This document shows positions 1 to 8,217 of a DNA stretch of 49,761 nt, one piece after another. The DNA is from a virus: IMG/VR virus record IMGVR_UViG_3300045972_000139, positions 1 through 49,761 of that record. The stretch is one strand, 5' to 3'. The position numbers and the translations under genes were made by a program. Each line of letters starts with the position of its first letter. Position 1 is the stretch's first letter. A model generated the notes under the pieces. It was not told the DNA's origin. It was given only the letters and a program-made list of their open reading frames with translations, and ran no database searches.

Positions 1-127
1 TGGGACGAAGTGGCGGCGTACTGAGGTAGCGCGCCATGTCGCTCCTCCTCGCGAGACTCGGCGGCGGGGGCGGCCCCACGCCGGTTGCCATCGCGGGGAC
101 GTCATCGGGGACGGGCGCGGCAACGGC
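1..127. repeat. Terminal direct repeat. Bases 1-127 equal 49635-49761, giving one 49,634-bp circular or permuted unit plus overlap.
   Basis: The first and last 127 nt (tgggacgaagtggcgg...gcggcaacggc) are identical by direct comparison. The ORF opening at 49670 continues as 36..848. Confidence 0.95.
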
Positions 128-848
128 GGCCGTCAAGGCTACGCCGCGCGTCGCTGGGACGTCGTCCGGCGTCGGCGCTGCCACCGCAGCAATCAAGGCC
201 GGCGCGAAGGTCGCCGGCACATCGGCCGGCATCGGCGCCGCATCGCTCGCAGCGAAGGCCATGCCCCGCGTTGCTGGCTCGGCGGCTGGCGTCGCTACGG
301 CGGCGGCTGCCGTTCGCGCAACGCCGCGCGTGTCCGGCACGTCGTCGGGCACGAGCTCGGGGGCGGCGACGGTCACCACGGGCACGGCGACCACGCCCGT
401 CGCTGTCGCGGGCACATCGGCGGGCGTCGGCGCGGCGTCTGCCGCCGTCAAGGCCACGCCACGCATCGCGGGGGCGTCTGCGGGGACTTCGACGGCGGCG
501 TGCGCGGTGCGCGCGGCTGGCGTCATCGCGGGCACGAGCGCGGGCATCGGCGCAGCATCGGCGGCGCTCCGAGCCACGCCTCGCATCGCGGGCACATGCG
601 CGGGGACGTCGACAGCCGCGGTCGTCGTCACGGCGCCCACGGTCGGCGCTGCGGCGATTGCGGGCACCGCCGCGGGGACGTCGACAGCATCGGTGGCGGT
701 CAACGCGGCGGGCATCCTGGCGGGGCTGAGCGCGGGGCTAGGGTCGGCGTCGTGCGTGGTCACGGTGCCGGGGCCCGGCGGCGACCCCGACCCGGCGATC
801 ATCGTGACTCACTGGCGGAACGACGCGGCGTTCTTCATCTTGGCGTGA
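36..848 (+). CDS. Ala/Gly/Thr/Ser-rich tandem-repeat protein, about eleven ~20-residue AGTSAGxGAASAAVKATPRI units. Putative fibrous or beta-solenoid virion appendage.
   Basis: ATG preceded by GAGGT. The 270-aa ORF has regular 20-aa periodicity and follows the head genes on the same strand. The other frames are Arg-rich junk. Confidence 0.7.
   Translation: MSLLLARLGGGGGPTPVAIAGTSSGTGAATAAVKATPRVAGTSSGVGAATAAIKAGAKVAGTSAGIGAASLAAKAMPRVAGSAAGVATAAAAVRATPRVSGTSSGTSSGAATVTTGTATTPVAVAGTSAGVGAASAAVKATPRIAGASAGTSTAACAVRAAGVIAGTSAGIGAASAALRATPRIAGTCAGTSTAAVVVTAPTVGAAAIAGTAAGTSTASVAVNAAGILAGLSAGLGSASCVVTVPGPGGDPDPAIIVTHWRNDAAFFILA
87..767 (+). repeat. Imperfect tandem ~60-bp repeats (about 11 units) inside the CDS 36..848
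   Basis: Recurring ...gccggcacatcggccggcatcggcgccgcatcg...aaggccacgccacgcatc... units, which produce the 20-aa protein periodicity. Confidence 0.75.
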
Positions 849-1132
849 GTGCGGCCGCGCTTCTTCTTCCGCGATGTCTTCCGCGCCGCCTTCACGAACG
901 CGCGGAGGTCGCAGACTGTGCGAAGGCTCACGATCATGGGCCACGAGTCCCTGCCCCATTCGCGGTAGCCCACCAGTCGCTCGTATGCGTCGGAGACGTT
1001 GCGAGTGACGCGCCGCGCCTCGCTGCGCTCAGGCTCGGGAAGCCACTCCCACGCGCGGCGCTGCTGTCGTGCCCACCGGCTACGCGGGCCGGGGACCCAC
1101 GACAGGCATCGATGGCGGTGCGAGGGCCTCAC
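809..1132 (-). CDS. Hypothetical basic protein with a Lys/Arg-rich C-terminal tail (KTSRKKKRGRTHAKMK)
   Basis: A GTG start overlaps the upstream stop (GTGA). It is in frame with the protein-like C-terminal part of ORF 809..1354. The 3' end overlaps the convergent CDS 36..848 by 40 nt. Confidence 0.5.
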   Translation of the reverse strand: MRPSHRHRCLSWVPGPRSRWARQQRRAWEWLPEPERSEARRVTRNVSDAYERLVGYREWGRDSWPMIVSLRTVCDLRAFVKAARKTSRKKKRGRTHAKMKNAASFRQ

Positions 1133-1392
1133 TCGATCACCACGACGAAGCGGTGACCCTCGATGACCCCGGCGGCGTGCAGCAGCTCCGCGGCGCGCTC
1201 TGAAAGCGGGTCGTCGATGCGGTTGAATACCGCGATGAGAAGCCGCGCCATTGCAGGGGCCTGCGCGGCGAGCTTGGCGCGGGCGCAGTCGTCCGCGGAG
1301 CCGACGCCGAACTGGCCGATGTGCGGGACGTACGGCGATGCCACGTCGATGCACGACCCGTCAGCCTCCCACGTCTCGAGGTGCGGCTTCAC
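1129..1392 (-). CDS. Hypothetical protein
   Basis: 87-aa ORF with balanced composition and high GC3. GTGA-coupled to both neighbours. Confidence 0.7.
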   Translation of the reverse strand: MKPHLETWEADGSCIDVASPYVPHIGQFGVGSADDCARAKLAAQAPAMARLLIAVFNRIDDPLSERAAELLHAAGVIEGHRFVVVIE

Positions 1393-1583
1393 AACAGGCC
1401 TCCGTTGTTAGATATGGCGTCGAGCGCCGCATGCAGCCGCTTGTTCTCCGCGATGACCGCGCGCAGGTACTCCGCGCATTTGTCGCTGAGTGCATCTTCG
1501 CGGCAGTTCTGTTCGGCGAACGACGCCTGCTCTCGCAGGTAGCCGACCGCGTCGCCGTTCGTCGTGGGGTCCTGCGGCTTCAC
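1389..1583 (-). CDS. Hypothetical small helical protein
   Basis: GTG at 1583 overlaps the stop of 1580..1837 (GTGA). Only this C-terminal part of ORF 1389..1658 looks protein-like. Confidence 0.6.
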   Translation of the reverse strand: MKPQDPTTNGDAVGYLREQASFAEQNCREDALSDKCAEYLRAVIAENKRLHAALDAISNNGGLL

Positions 1584-1837
1584 TTCAGCCGCTCCAGCCG
1601 CTGCGCCGCCTGGCACTCGGTCCCCGCGTTGCACCCGAAGTCGCCTGCGACACGGCACGTCGCCTCGCCCGACAACCCGAGCCGCTTCGCGACCTCCGTG
1701 ACCCCGAGTCGGCGGATGGCCTCGACCAGAACCTCCCGCTGCTCTTTTGATATGTGACTCTCCACGTTTGATGCCTCACTTTCCAATCGTACATACCACG
1801 CGCGCAACCGCTTGACGACCCGAACAGCGTCATTCAT
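1580..1837 (-). CDS. Small helix-turn-helix protein (sigma-70 region 4 / LuxR-like HTH)
   Basis: The segment SKEQREVLVEAIRRLGVTEVAKRLGLSGEAT fits an r4/LuxR-type HTH pattern. It is the first gene of a 4-gene minus-strand cassette. Confidence 0.6.
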   Translation of the reverse strand: MNDAVRVVKRLRAWYVRLESEASNVESHISKEQREVLVEAIRRLGVTEVAKRLGLSGEATCRVAGDFGCNAGTECQAAQRLERLK

Positions 1838-1885
1838 GGTTGCGGGGATACCAGCGCGTCCACTGAAGACGACTGCGCACCCGTA

Positions 1886-1921
1886 GGCCCCTGAAAATCG
1901 CCTCGGTCTCGGCCCCTGAAA
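1886..1921. promoter_or_regulatory. Two direct repeats GGCCCCTGAAA (1886-1896, 1911-1921) in the divergent intergenic region
   Basis: Exact 11-mers 25 nt apart, lying between the minus cassette start (1837) and the capsid gene start (1983). Confidence 0.3.
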
Positions 1922-1982
1922 CGCAGGCCGATGAGCCCGACCGATTCAACCGCTGCGCACCGCGCGGCTTCAGGAGCCTCAC

Positions 1983-3206
1983 ATGGCGTTCGATATCTCG
2001 GCGGCCACGCCGATTCTCAAGCAGTACTACACCCCCAAGAAGGTCGAAACCCTCGTCATCCAGAGCCCCGCGCTCGCGGTGATGCCCAAGGACACGGGCG
2101 GCTCCGGCGTCGCGTACGTCGGCGCGATCCGCTCCGCCATCACGTCGGCCGTCTCGTTCACCGACACCACGGCGTTCGCGTCGCAGAGTTCCAGCGTCTA
2201 CAAGCAGTGGGTCTGCCCGTGGCGCAGCGGCTACGCCCGCGCGCTCGTCAGCGGCGAGGCCCTCGACAAGACGGGCAACGACCGCGGCGCGTTCGTCAAG
2301 GCGGTCATCTCCGAGACCGAAGGCGCGTACGACGCGATCGGCCAGCAGATCGGAGCCGCGCTCTGGCACAACGGCGGCGGCGCCATCGGCAAGCTCGACG
2401 GACTCTCCAACGTCGCGACGGCGACGGTCACGCTCGCGAACCCGAGCGACGCCATCAACTTCCGCGTCGGCCAGGTCATCAAGACCAGCGCGACGGATGG
2501 CGTCACCGGCACCGTGCGCGCGGGCTCGGTCACCCTCACCAACGTCGACATCTTCGCCGGCACGCTCACCGCCTCGGGCAACTGGACGGCTGGCATCGCG
2601 ACCGCGGTGAACACCGACTACCTGTTCCCGGACGGCGACTTCGGCCTGGCGTTCCAGGGCATCCCGGCGTGGATCGTCCCCGGCTCGCTTCGCTCCGGCA
2701 TCCTCGCCACGACATTCAACAGCGTGGACCGTTCGACGGACCCCATCCGCCTCGCCGGCGTCCCCTACCAGGGCCGCGGCGCTCCGAAGAAAGAGAGCAT
2801 GGTCCAGCTCGGCATGATGCTGCACCGGCTCAAGAGCAAGCCGAGCCACTTCTTCGTCAACGATCTCGACTTCGCGGACATCTCGAAGGACCTGCTGACC
2901 AACACGCGAATCACCACCGAGACCGCGTACAAGAACCCGCAGATCGGCTTCGCCGCCATCGAGTATGTCGCGCCGTTCGGCACGATCAAGATCATGACCG
3001 ACCCGTTCCTCTCGCAGGGCACGGCGTACATGCTCGACATGTCGACGTGGCTCATGCCGTCGATGGGTCAGATCCCTAAGGTCGACTTCCTCGACAAGAT
3101 GTCGTGGCTCCGCACCGCGGGCGCCGACTCTTACGAGTTCCGCACGCTGTACCGCGCCGCCACCTACTGCTCGAACCCCGCCAAGAACGGCGTCATCGAG
3201 TTCTGA
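1983..3206 (+). CDS. Major capsid protein (HK97-fold type expected)
   Basis: 407 aa with an AGGAG RBS and non-biased composition. It lies in the head module downstream of portal and scaffold. Size and position are typical. Confidence 0.75.
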   Translation: MAFDISAATPILKQYYTPKKVETLVIQSPALAVMPKDTGGSGVAYVGAIRSAITSAVSFTDTTAFASQSSSVYKQWVCPWRSGYARALVSGEALDKTGNDRGAFVKAVISETEGAYDAIGQQIGAALWHNGGGAIGKLDGLSNVATATVTLANPSDAINFRVGQVIKTSATDGVTGTVRAGSVTLTNVDIFAGTLTASGNWTAGIATAVNTDYLFPDGDFGLAFQGIPAWIVPGSLRSGILATTFNSVDRSTDPIRLAGVPYQGRGAPKKESMVQLGMMLHRLKSKPSHFFVNDLDFADISKDLLTNTRITTETAYKNPQIGFAAIEYVAPFGTIKIMTDPFLSQGTAYMLDMSTWLMPSMGQIPKVDFLDKMSWLRTAGADSYEFRTLYRAATYCSNPAKNGVIEF

Positions 3207-3252
3207 GGTCCAGGCGGATGAGCGCCACGCGCTCGCCGCTGCTCACACGTTG

Positions 3253-3288
3253 GCCGGCGTGGCCGCTCCTGCAGAGTGGCCCGCCGGC
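3253..3288 (+). other. GC-rich hairpin downstream of the capsid gene (GCCGGCG ... CGCCGGC), with no U-tract
   Basis: A perfect 7-bp inverted repeat flanks a CTGCAG-centred loop, 47 nt after the capsid stop. Confidence 0.3.
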
Positions 3289-3333
3289 TGACGCTCACCC
3301 TCCTCTCGCGACTCGAAAAGACAAGGTGGCCGC

Positions 3334-3744
3334 ATGGCTGACAGAGACTTCGCAATCCTGCAAACGCAGGGGAACAGACACGTAAACCTCAATTTCGGCG
3401 TCAAGCTCGTCGCGGGCTCTCCCGTCTTCGTCGAGGGCGACACCGCGGCGAGCATCACTGGCTCGTACCTCACGCTGACTGATACGGGCGTCGGCATCAT
3501 CGGCGTGACCACGACGAATCCGTATCTTGCGGTCGTCAAGGTCACCGGCTCGCGCGCGATGGGCACGCCGACGACCAACTCCGGGTGGATCTTCAGCCTC
3601 CCGACGCAGAACACGAACGGGACGTGGACGTTCACGATCACTACGTGGACGAACGCCGCGGGCACACACACCGCGGCGGACATGGCCGCAGGCGACATCA
3701 TGTACGTCGACCTCGTGCTCCGCAACTCCGGGGTGCTCCCGTGA
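3334..3744 (+). CDS. Virion-associated hypothetical protein, a possible capsid decoration or Ig-like beta protein
   Basis: 136 aa, Thr/Gly/Val-rich and beta-like, with a GGTGG RBS. It lies directly after the capsid gene. Confidence 0.6.
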   Translation: MADRDFAILQTQGNRHVNLNFGVKLVAGSPVFVEGDTAASITGSYLTLTDTGVGIIGVTTTNPYLAVVKVTGSRAMGTPTTNSGWIFSLPTQNTNGTWTFTITTWTNAAGTHTAADMAAGDIMYVDLVLRNSGVLP

Positions 3745-4052
3745 AGCCGAAGGGCCCCAGCATCGCCGTCATGCTCGGCGGCGGTGCGCCGGGTGGCGAG
3801 GGCGACTCCGAGGAAGAGGGCGACCTCTCGCTCTCGGAGACCAATGCGCGCGCTCGTGACGCGGCTACCGCGTTCGCCGCGAGCCTCGAGAACGAGGGGC
3901 GCGACCCCAAGCGCATCGTCGATGCGTTCCGCTCGCTGCTGACGCTCTGTCAGCACATCGACGAGCTCGAGGAGAGCGGCGAGGAAGAGGACGAGGAAGG
4001 CGAGGCTGAGGAGCCCGTCGATGAAACCGTCGAAGAGTCCACGGAGGAGTAA
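3741..4052 (+). CDS. Acidic protein with a Glu-rich C-terminal tail
   Basis: GTG start in a GTGA overlap. The C-terminus reads EESGEEEDEEGEAEEPVDETVEESTEE. Confidence 0.6.
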   Translation: MKPKGPSIAVMLGGGAPGGEGDSEEEGDLSLSETNARARDAATAFAASLENEGRDPKRIVDAFRSLLTLCQHIDELEESGEEEDEEGEAEEPVDETVEESTEE

Positions 4053-4058
4053 TCCACC

Positions 4059-4754
4059 GTGGCCTATACCGTCACGCTCGCCACGCTCTGCGAACGCGTC
4101 CTCCAGAGGGGAAACCTGGAGGGCGCGTCCGCGTTCATCAAGCCGTTCGAGTTGGTCGACCTCGTCAACGGGTCGATCGCAGAGTGGGTTGACGAGGTGC
4201 GCGGCACGACGTGGAATGGCACCTACTCACGTTCGAGCCAGCGCATCGCGACCACGAACGGGACGCAGCGCTACGCGCTCGCGGGGGACTTCCTGTCGCT
4301 TCTGTCGGTCGACATTAGCATCGCGGGCGGCGCGCCGGTCATCTCCGCGCGCGCCTACCAGGAGGAACAGCGCAACGCGTTCAGGAGCACCATCCTGGGC
4401 GCGTGGGGACTTTCGAATCCCATCTACTACCAAGTCCAAGGGACGGACATCTCGTTCATTCCGGTGCCGCAAGGCGCGTACGCGGTGACGATCAACTACG
4501 TCCCCACGTCGCCCGTGCTTGCGGACCCCTCCGACACCATCGACAGCATCAACGGGTGGGAAGAGTTCATCGTCCTCGATGCGGCGATTAAGTGCTTGAT
4601 CAAGGCTGGCGAGGCGGAGACCGTACCCATCCTTTCGCAGCGGCTCGAGCAGCAGCGCCAGCGCATCCGTGCGATGGCTCCGCGTCGTGACCACCAGTTC
4701 GCGGAGCGCGTGCACGTCGTCGAGAACTCCAGTAGCGGATGGGATGACTGGTGA
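4059..4754 (+). CDS. Putative head-tail adaptor / virion structural protein
   Basis: 231 aa with a GGAGGAG RBS. Its position matches T7 gp11-like adaptors, between the capsid gene and the large tail protein. Confidence 0.5.
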   Translation: MAYTVTLATLCERVLQRGNLEGASAFIKPFELVDLVNGSIAEWVDEVRGTTWNGTYSRSSQRIATTNGTQRYALAGDFLSLLSVDISIAGGAPVISARAYQEEQRNAFRSTILGAWGLSNPIYYQVQGTDISFIPVPQGAYAVTINYVPTSPVLADPSDTIDSINGWEEFIVLDAAIKCLIKAGEAETVPILSQRLEQQRQRIRAMAPRRDHQFAERVHVVENSSSGWDDW

Positions 4755-5161
4755 AGTCGACGACGAACACGGGCGCCGCGCGCGTCGCGAGTGACGGCGC
4801 GGTCACGCAGCTCGGCGGCAAGGCCGCGCCCACCGACGTCGTCACGGAGACGGACGTTCAAGATCCGGCGAAGCTCGCCCGCATGATCGCACGCGTGGTT
4901 GGCGACGTGGCAGCGCTCAAGCGGCGGTTCGCGCCGCGGCGCGTCGACTTCCACGACATCACGACGGCGGCGGGTGGCACGGCCATCCGACTAGAGCACG
5001 GGCTGAATGGGCGCGTCGTGTGGTGGCCCATCGACTACCAGATGACCGGCGCCACGGTGGCTCCCATCCTTCAGCGTTCGTCACTCACGGACGCGAGCAC
5101 GCTCGTACTGCTCAGCTACACCACGGGCACCGTTTCGATCAGGGTCGAGGAGTACGGTTGA
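4751..5161 (+). CDS. Virion structural hypothetical protein
   Basis: 136 aa, GTGA-coupled, with protein-like composition. Confidence 0.65.
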   Translation: MKSTTNTGAARVASDGAVTQLGGKAAPTDVVTETDVQDPAKLARMIARVVGDVAALKRRFAPRRVDFHDITTAAGGTAIRLEHGLNGRVVWWPIDYQMTGATVAPILQRSSLTDASTLVLLSYTTGTVSIRVEEYG

Positions 5162-8100
5162 TGCCAGTTCCTCCGCACATCATCCGGTCGTCCGCGGTGC
5201 TACCTCTCGGGGAGGCTCCGCGCGGCGAGCTCGTAGACTTCGGCGCGAAGAACCTCCGCGGCGAGAACATCCGCCAGTTCCGCCAGGGCGAGGCGTCGAC
5301 GCGCTTTGGCTTCACCGCGCTCGGTAACACGCGCATCGACGGCACGTCGCCTACGACGGGCGGGAGGCTACTACAGTACGCGCGCTCGCCCGTGCGCATC
5401 GCGGACAACCAGATCGAAGCCTACTCGTCGAAGGCGAATGCGTGGCAGGTGCTCGGCCGCGTGCCTGAGGTCGCCGTCAAGATGACCGCGCTTCCTACCA
5501 TCGGGCTTGGGTCCTCGATCGAGGATGTCGACGCCACGAACGGATACCTCGCGATTTCGTATGTGGCGTCGGCGCTTCCGGCCGCGTTCGGACTTGTGTG
5601 CTACCTCGCGATCATCGACCAGGCGACGGGGGCGATCGTTCGCGCGCCGGAGATCGTCGGGTCGAACTATGATCTCACCCCCGCCCTGCTAGGCATCGTG
5701 GGGAACAGCTTCGTCGCGGTGCGCTACAACGCGACCGGCACGAAGCTGGAGGCGTGGGCGATCGATACGACCAGCAAGGCGACTATCAGCGCGGGATGGG
5801 TTGCATTCGCGGCGTCAATCGCGACGAATGCCACGGGCGTATATACGCTCTGCTCGCTGCCCTTCGGCAGCCGCATCGCGGTCATGTACGTCAACACGAG
5901 CGTCGGCACCAACCGCGCGACGATCATCACGATTAGTGCCACGGCCGTCGTCGGCGTTGGCGCCAACGTCTTCACGAACAGCATCACGCCTGTCGCGGTG
6001 TGCTTGGCGGGCGACGACATCGACACGCTTTGGGCAGCATGGGATCAGGGTGTCATCGTCCAAGTAGCAGGCTACAACGGCACCAACCTCGGCGTCTTCA
6101 AGGCCACGGTTGCCACGATGCTCACGATGGCAACGGGCGTAGCGAACGCGGGTTTGTACATCACCTCCACGGGCACTACGGGCAAGGCTCGCGTGTGGGC
6201 GAACGACTCGAACGCGGCGAACTACCGCGGCCAGATGCGCGGCGTACAGACGACCGCAGGCGCGGCCGCCGCCGATGGCGCGCAGGTCACGGTATACAAC
6301 GTCATCATGGCACGCAAGCCCTTCACTACGGGTGGGCGCGTCTACTCGTCGTTCTGCGACCTCGACACGGCTGGCGCGCAGTTGACGCAAGCGAACATGG
6401 TCCTGTGCGACTGGACCAACAACGCGACGTGGTTGCGTCCTGTTTCGAACCCGAGTCCAGGCCTCGCGTGGCCTGGCTTCTTCGCGCAGGGAAAGGCCAT
6501 CGTGCAGGCCAATGGCCACCTTGCATACGCGATGGGACAGAAGCGCGCGGGGGTCTATGGGTCGTACGGTCAACTCCTCGTCGATCTCGACTTCACATCC
6601 TCTGCGCGCTGGCTCCCGTGCGCGTGGGGCAACTCGACATACCTGAGCGGCGGGCTTCCGTCGTACTACGATGGCTCGCGCGTGGCGGAGATCGTGTTTC
6701 TCATCCGACCCAACGCGCCGACCGTGACAACGGCGGGCACGGGCCTCACGCTCGCGGTGGGCCGCCAGTACGTCGCGGTGTACGAGGAGGTCGATGCCGA
6801 CGGCAACTGGCACCAGTCCGGGGTGTCGAACCCGACGAGCTCGGGGCCGGTCGCGAACAAGACCATCACCGTCGCCGTCGCGCCGCTGACCATCAGCTCG
6901 CGCATCACCGCGAATACGGCGACGCGCGCGCTCCGCGTGGCCATCTACGCGACCACGGACGGATTCGCCGCGCCATGGTATCGCCTCGCGACGGTGGCCA
7001 ACGACACGAGCGCGGCGGTGGTCTCGTACGCCGACGCAGTCAGCGACGCGAACCTGTCGAAAGGCGCGAAGCTCTACGAGCAATACAACGTCCTCGGCAC
7101 CGCGCTAGACAAGCGCCCCCCACCTTCATTCCAGTGCCTCACGAACTACAACGGCATGTTGGTCGGGGCGAGCGGCTCTGATGTCTGGTACTCGGGCCAA
7201 AATGTCTCGGGCGAAGGCGCGTGGTTCAATCCGATCTTCCAGGTCCCCGTCCCCGGCGAGGGCGACATCACGGCGCTTTGGGTCATGGATGGGACGCTCT
7301 TCGCGGCCAAACGCCGTGAAATCTACGCAATATCCGGCGAGGCTCCGAGCGACAACGGCACCAGCGGCGGGCTCGGGCAGCCGCGAAGGCTCGCCGTCGA
7401 CGTGGGGTGCATCGAGTCACGTTCGCCGTGCGTCACGTCGCTCGGCGTGTTCTTTCAGTCCGAACGCGGCATCGAGATCCTGACCCGCGCGCAGGCGGCA
7501 GAGTGGATCGGCCAAGACATCCAGGTCACGCTCGCCGCGTTCCCTATCGTCACGGCGGCAACGGTCGACCCGTCGAACTCGGGTCAGGTGCTCATCGAAC
7601 TCGCCGCGTCGGAGTCGAGCGGCATGGTGACGGGTGGCGGACGAACGCTCGTGTTCGACCTCTCGTCAAGCGCGTGGATCAGCACCGACCGCCGATCGTC
7701 GTCAGGCGGCGTTGGCGATGCCCCGTCGCAGTCGGCGTGCATCATCTCCGCCACGGCGGGATACCGTTACGCATGGATGACGCAAACGGGCGTCGTGCAT
7801 GTCGAGGACCGCACCACGCGGCTCGACGCGGGCTATTGGGTGACCCCGCTCATCGAGACGGGGTGGCTACACGGGTTCAAGAACGAGCAACGCGTGTGGC
7901 GTGGCTCTTTGATGTTTCAGCGCTATACTGCGGCCGGGCTCAAGGTGGAAATGGCCTACGACTACGCCGAATACACGGGCGATAGCAACTCCGTCGCGAC
8001 GTGGTCGGAGGCCGACACTCTTGGCCAGCGTCAACTCGAGTGGGTGCCACCGCCGCGCGCGGAGAGTGTGAAGTTTCGGATCACCGCAACGGCGCCCGCG

Positions 8101-8211
8101 GTCCCCGGCACGGGACAGGGACTTTCGTTCATCGGCGTGCAACTCGACCTAGCTGGCAAGCAGGGACCGCAGAAGGGCACGCTTCGACTTGACCCGGCGC
8201 TGAGGAGATAG
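5161..8211 (+). CDS. Large tail structural protein (nozzle / tail-tubular-B-like, beta-rich)
   Basis: An ATG overlaps the upstream stop (TGATG). About 1016 aa and rich in G/T/S/A/V. The Arg-rich first 47 codons of track ORF 5020..8211 were discarded. Confidence 0.6.
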   Translation: MPVPPHIIRSSAVLPLGEAPRGELVDFGAKNLRGENIRQFRQGEASTRFGFTALGNTRIDGTSPTTGGRLLQYARSPVRIADNQIEAYSSKANAWQVLGRVPEVAVKMTALPTIGLGSSIEDVDATNGYLAISYVASALPAAFGLVCYLAIIDQATGAIVRAPEIVGSNYDLTPALLGIVGNSFVAVRYNATGTKLEAWAIDTTSKATISAGWVAFAASIATNATGVYTLCSLPFGSRIAVMYVNTSVGTNRATIITISATAVVGVGANVFTNSITPVAVCLAGDDIDTLWAAWDQGVIVQVAGYNGTNLGVFKATVATMLTMATGVANAGLYITSTGTTGKARVWANDSNAANYRGQMRGVQTTAGAAAADGAQVTVYNVIMARKPFTTGGRVYSSFCDLDTAGAQLTQANMVLCDWTNNATWLRPVSNPSPGLAWPGFFAQGKAIVQANGHLAYAMGQKRAGVYGSYGQLLVDLDFTSSARWLPCAWGNSTYLSGGLPSYYDGSRVAEIVFLIRPNAPTVTTAGTGLTLAVGRQYVAVYEEVDADGNWHQSGVSNPTSSGPVANKTITVAVAPLTISSRITANTATRALRVAIYATTDGFAAPWYRLATVANDTSAAVVSYADAVSDANLSKGAKLYEQYNVLGTALDKRPPPSFQCLTNYNGMLVGASGSDVWYSGQNVSGEGAWFNPIFQVPVPGEGDITALWVMDGTLFAAKRREIYAISGEAPSDNGTSGGLGQPRRLAVDVGCIESRSPCVTSLGVFFQSERGIEILTRAQAAEWIGQDIQVTLAAFPIVTAATVDPSNSGQVLIELAASESSGMVTGGGRTLVFDLSSSAWISTDRRSSSGGVGDAPSQSACIISATAGYRYAWMTQTGVVHVEDRTTRLDAGYWVTPLIETGWLHGFKNEQRVWRGSLMFQRYTAAGLKVEMAYDYAEYTGDSNSVATWSEADTLGQRQLEWVPPPRAESVKFRITATAPAVPGTGQGLSFIGVQLDLAGKQGPQKGTLRLDPALRR

Positions 8212-8217
8212 ACGACG

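Noticed and set aside
1-127. Biological long terminal repeat or cos-type end
   Set aside because: Exact end duplication of this kind on a contig is most simply explained as an assembler overlap of a circular sequence, and a gene reads through the junction. It cannot be fully excluded without read-terminus data.
36-848. Diversity-generating retroelement (variable/template repeat pair)
   Set aside because: No reverse-transcriptase-like ORF lies anywhere in the window. The repeats are tandem units within one gene, not a TR/VR pair.
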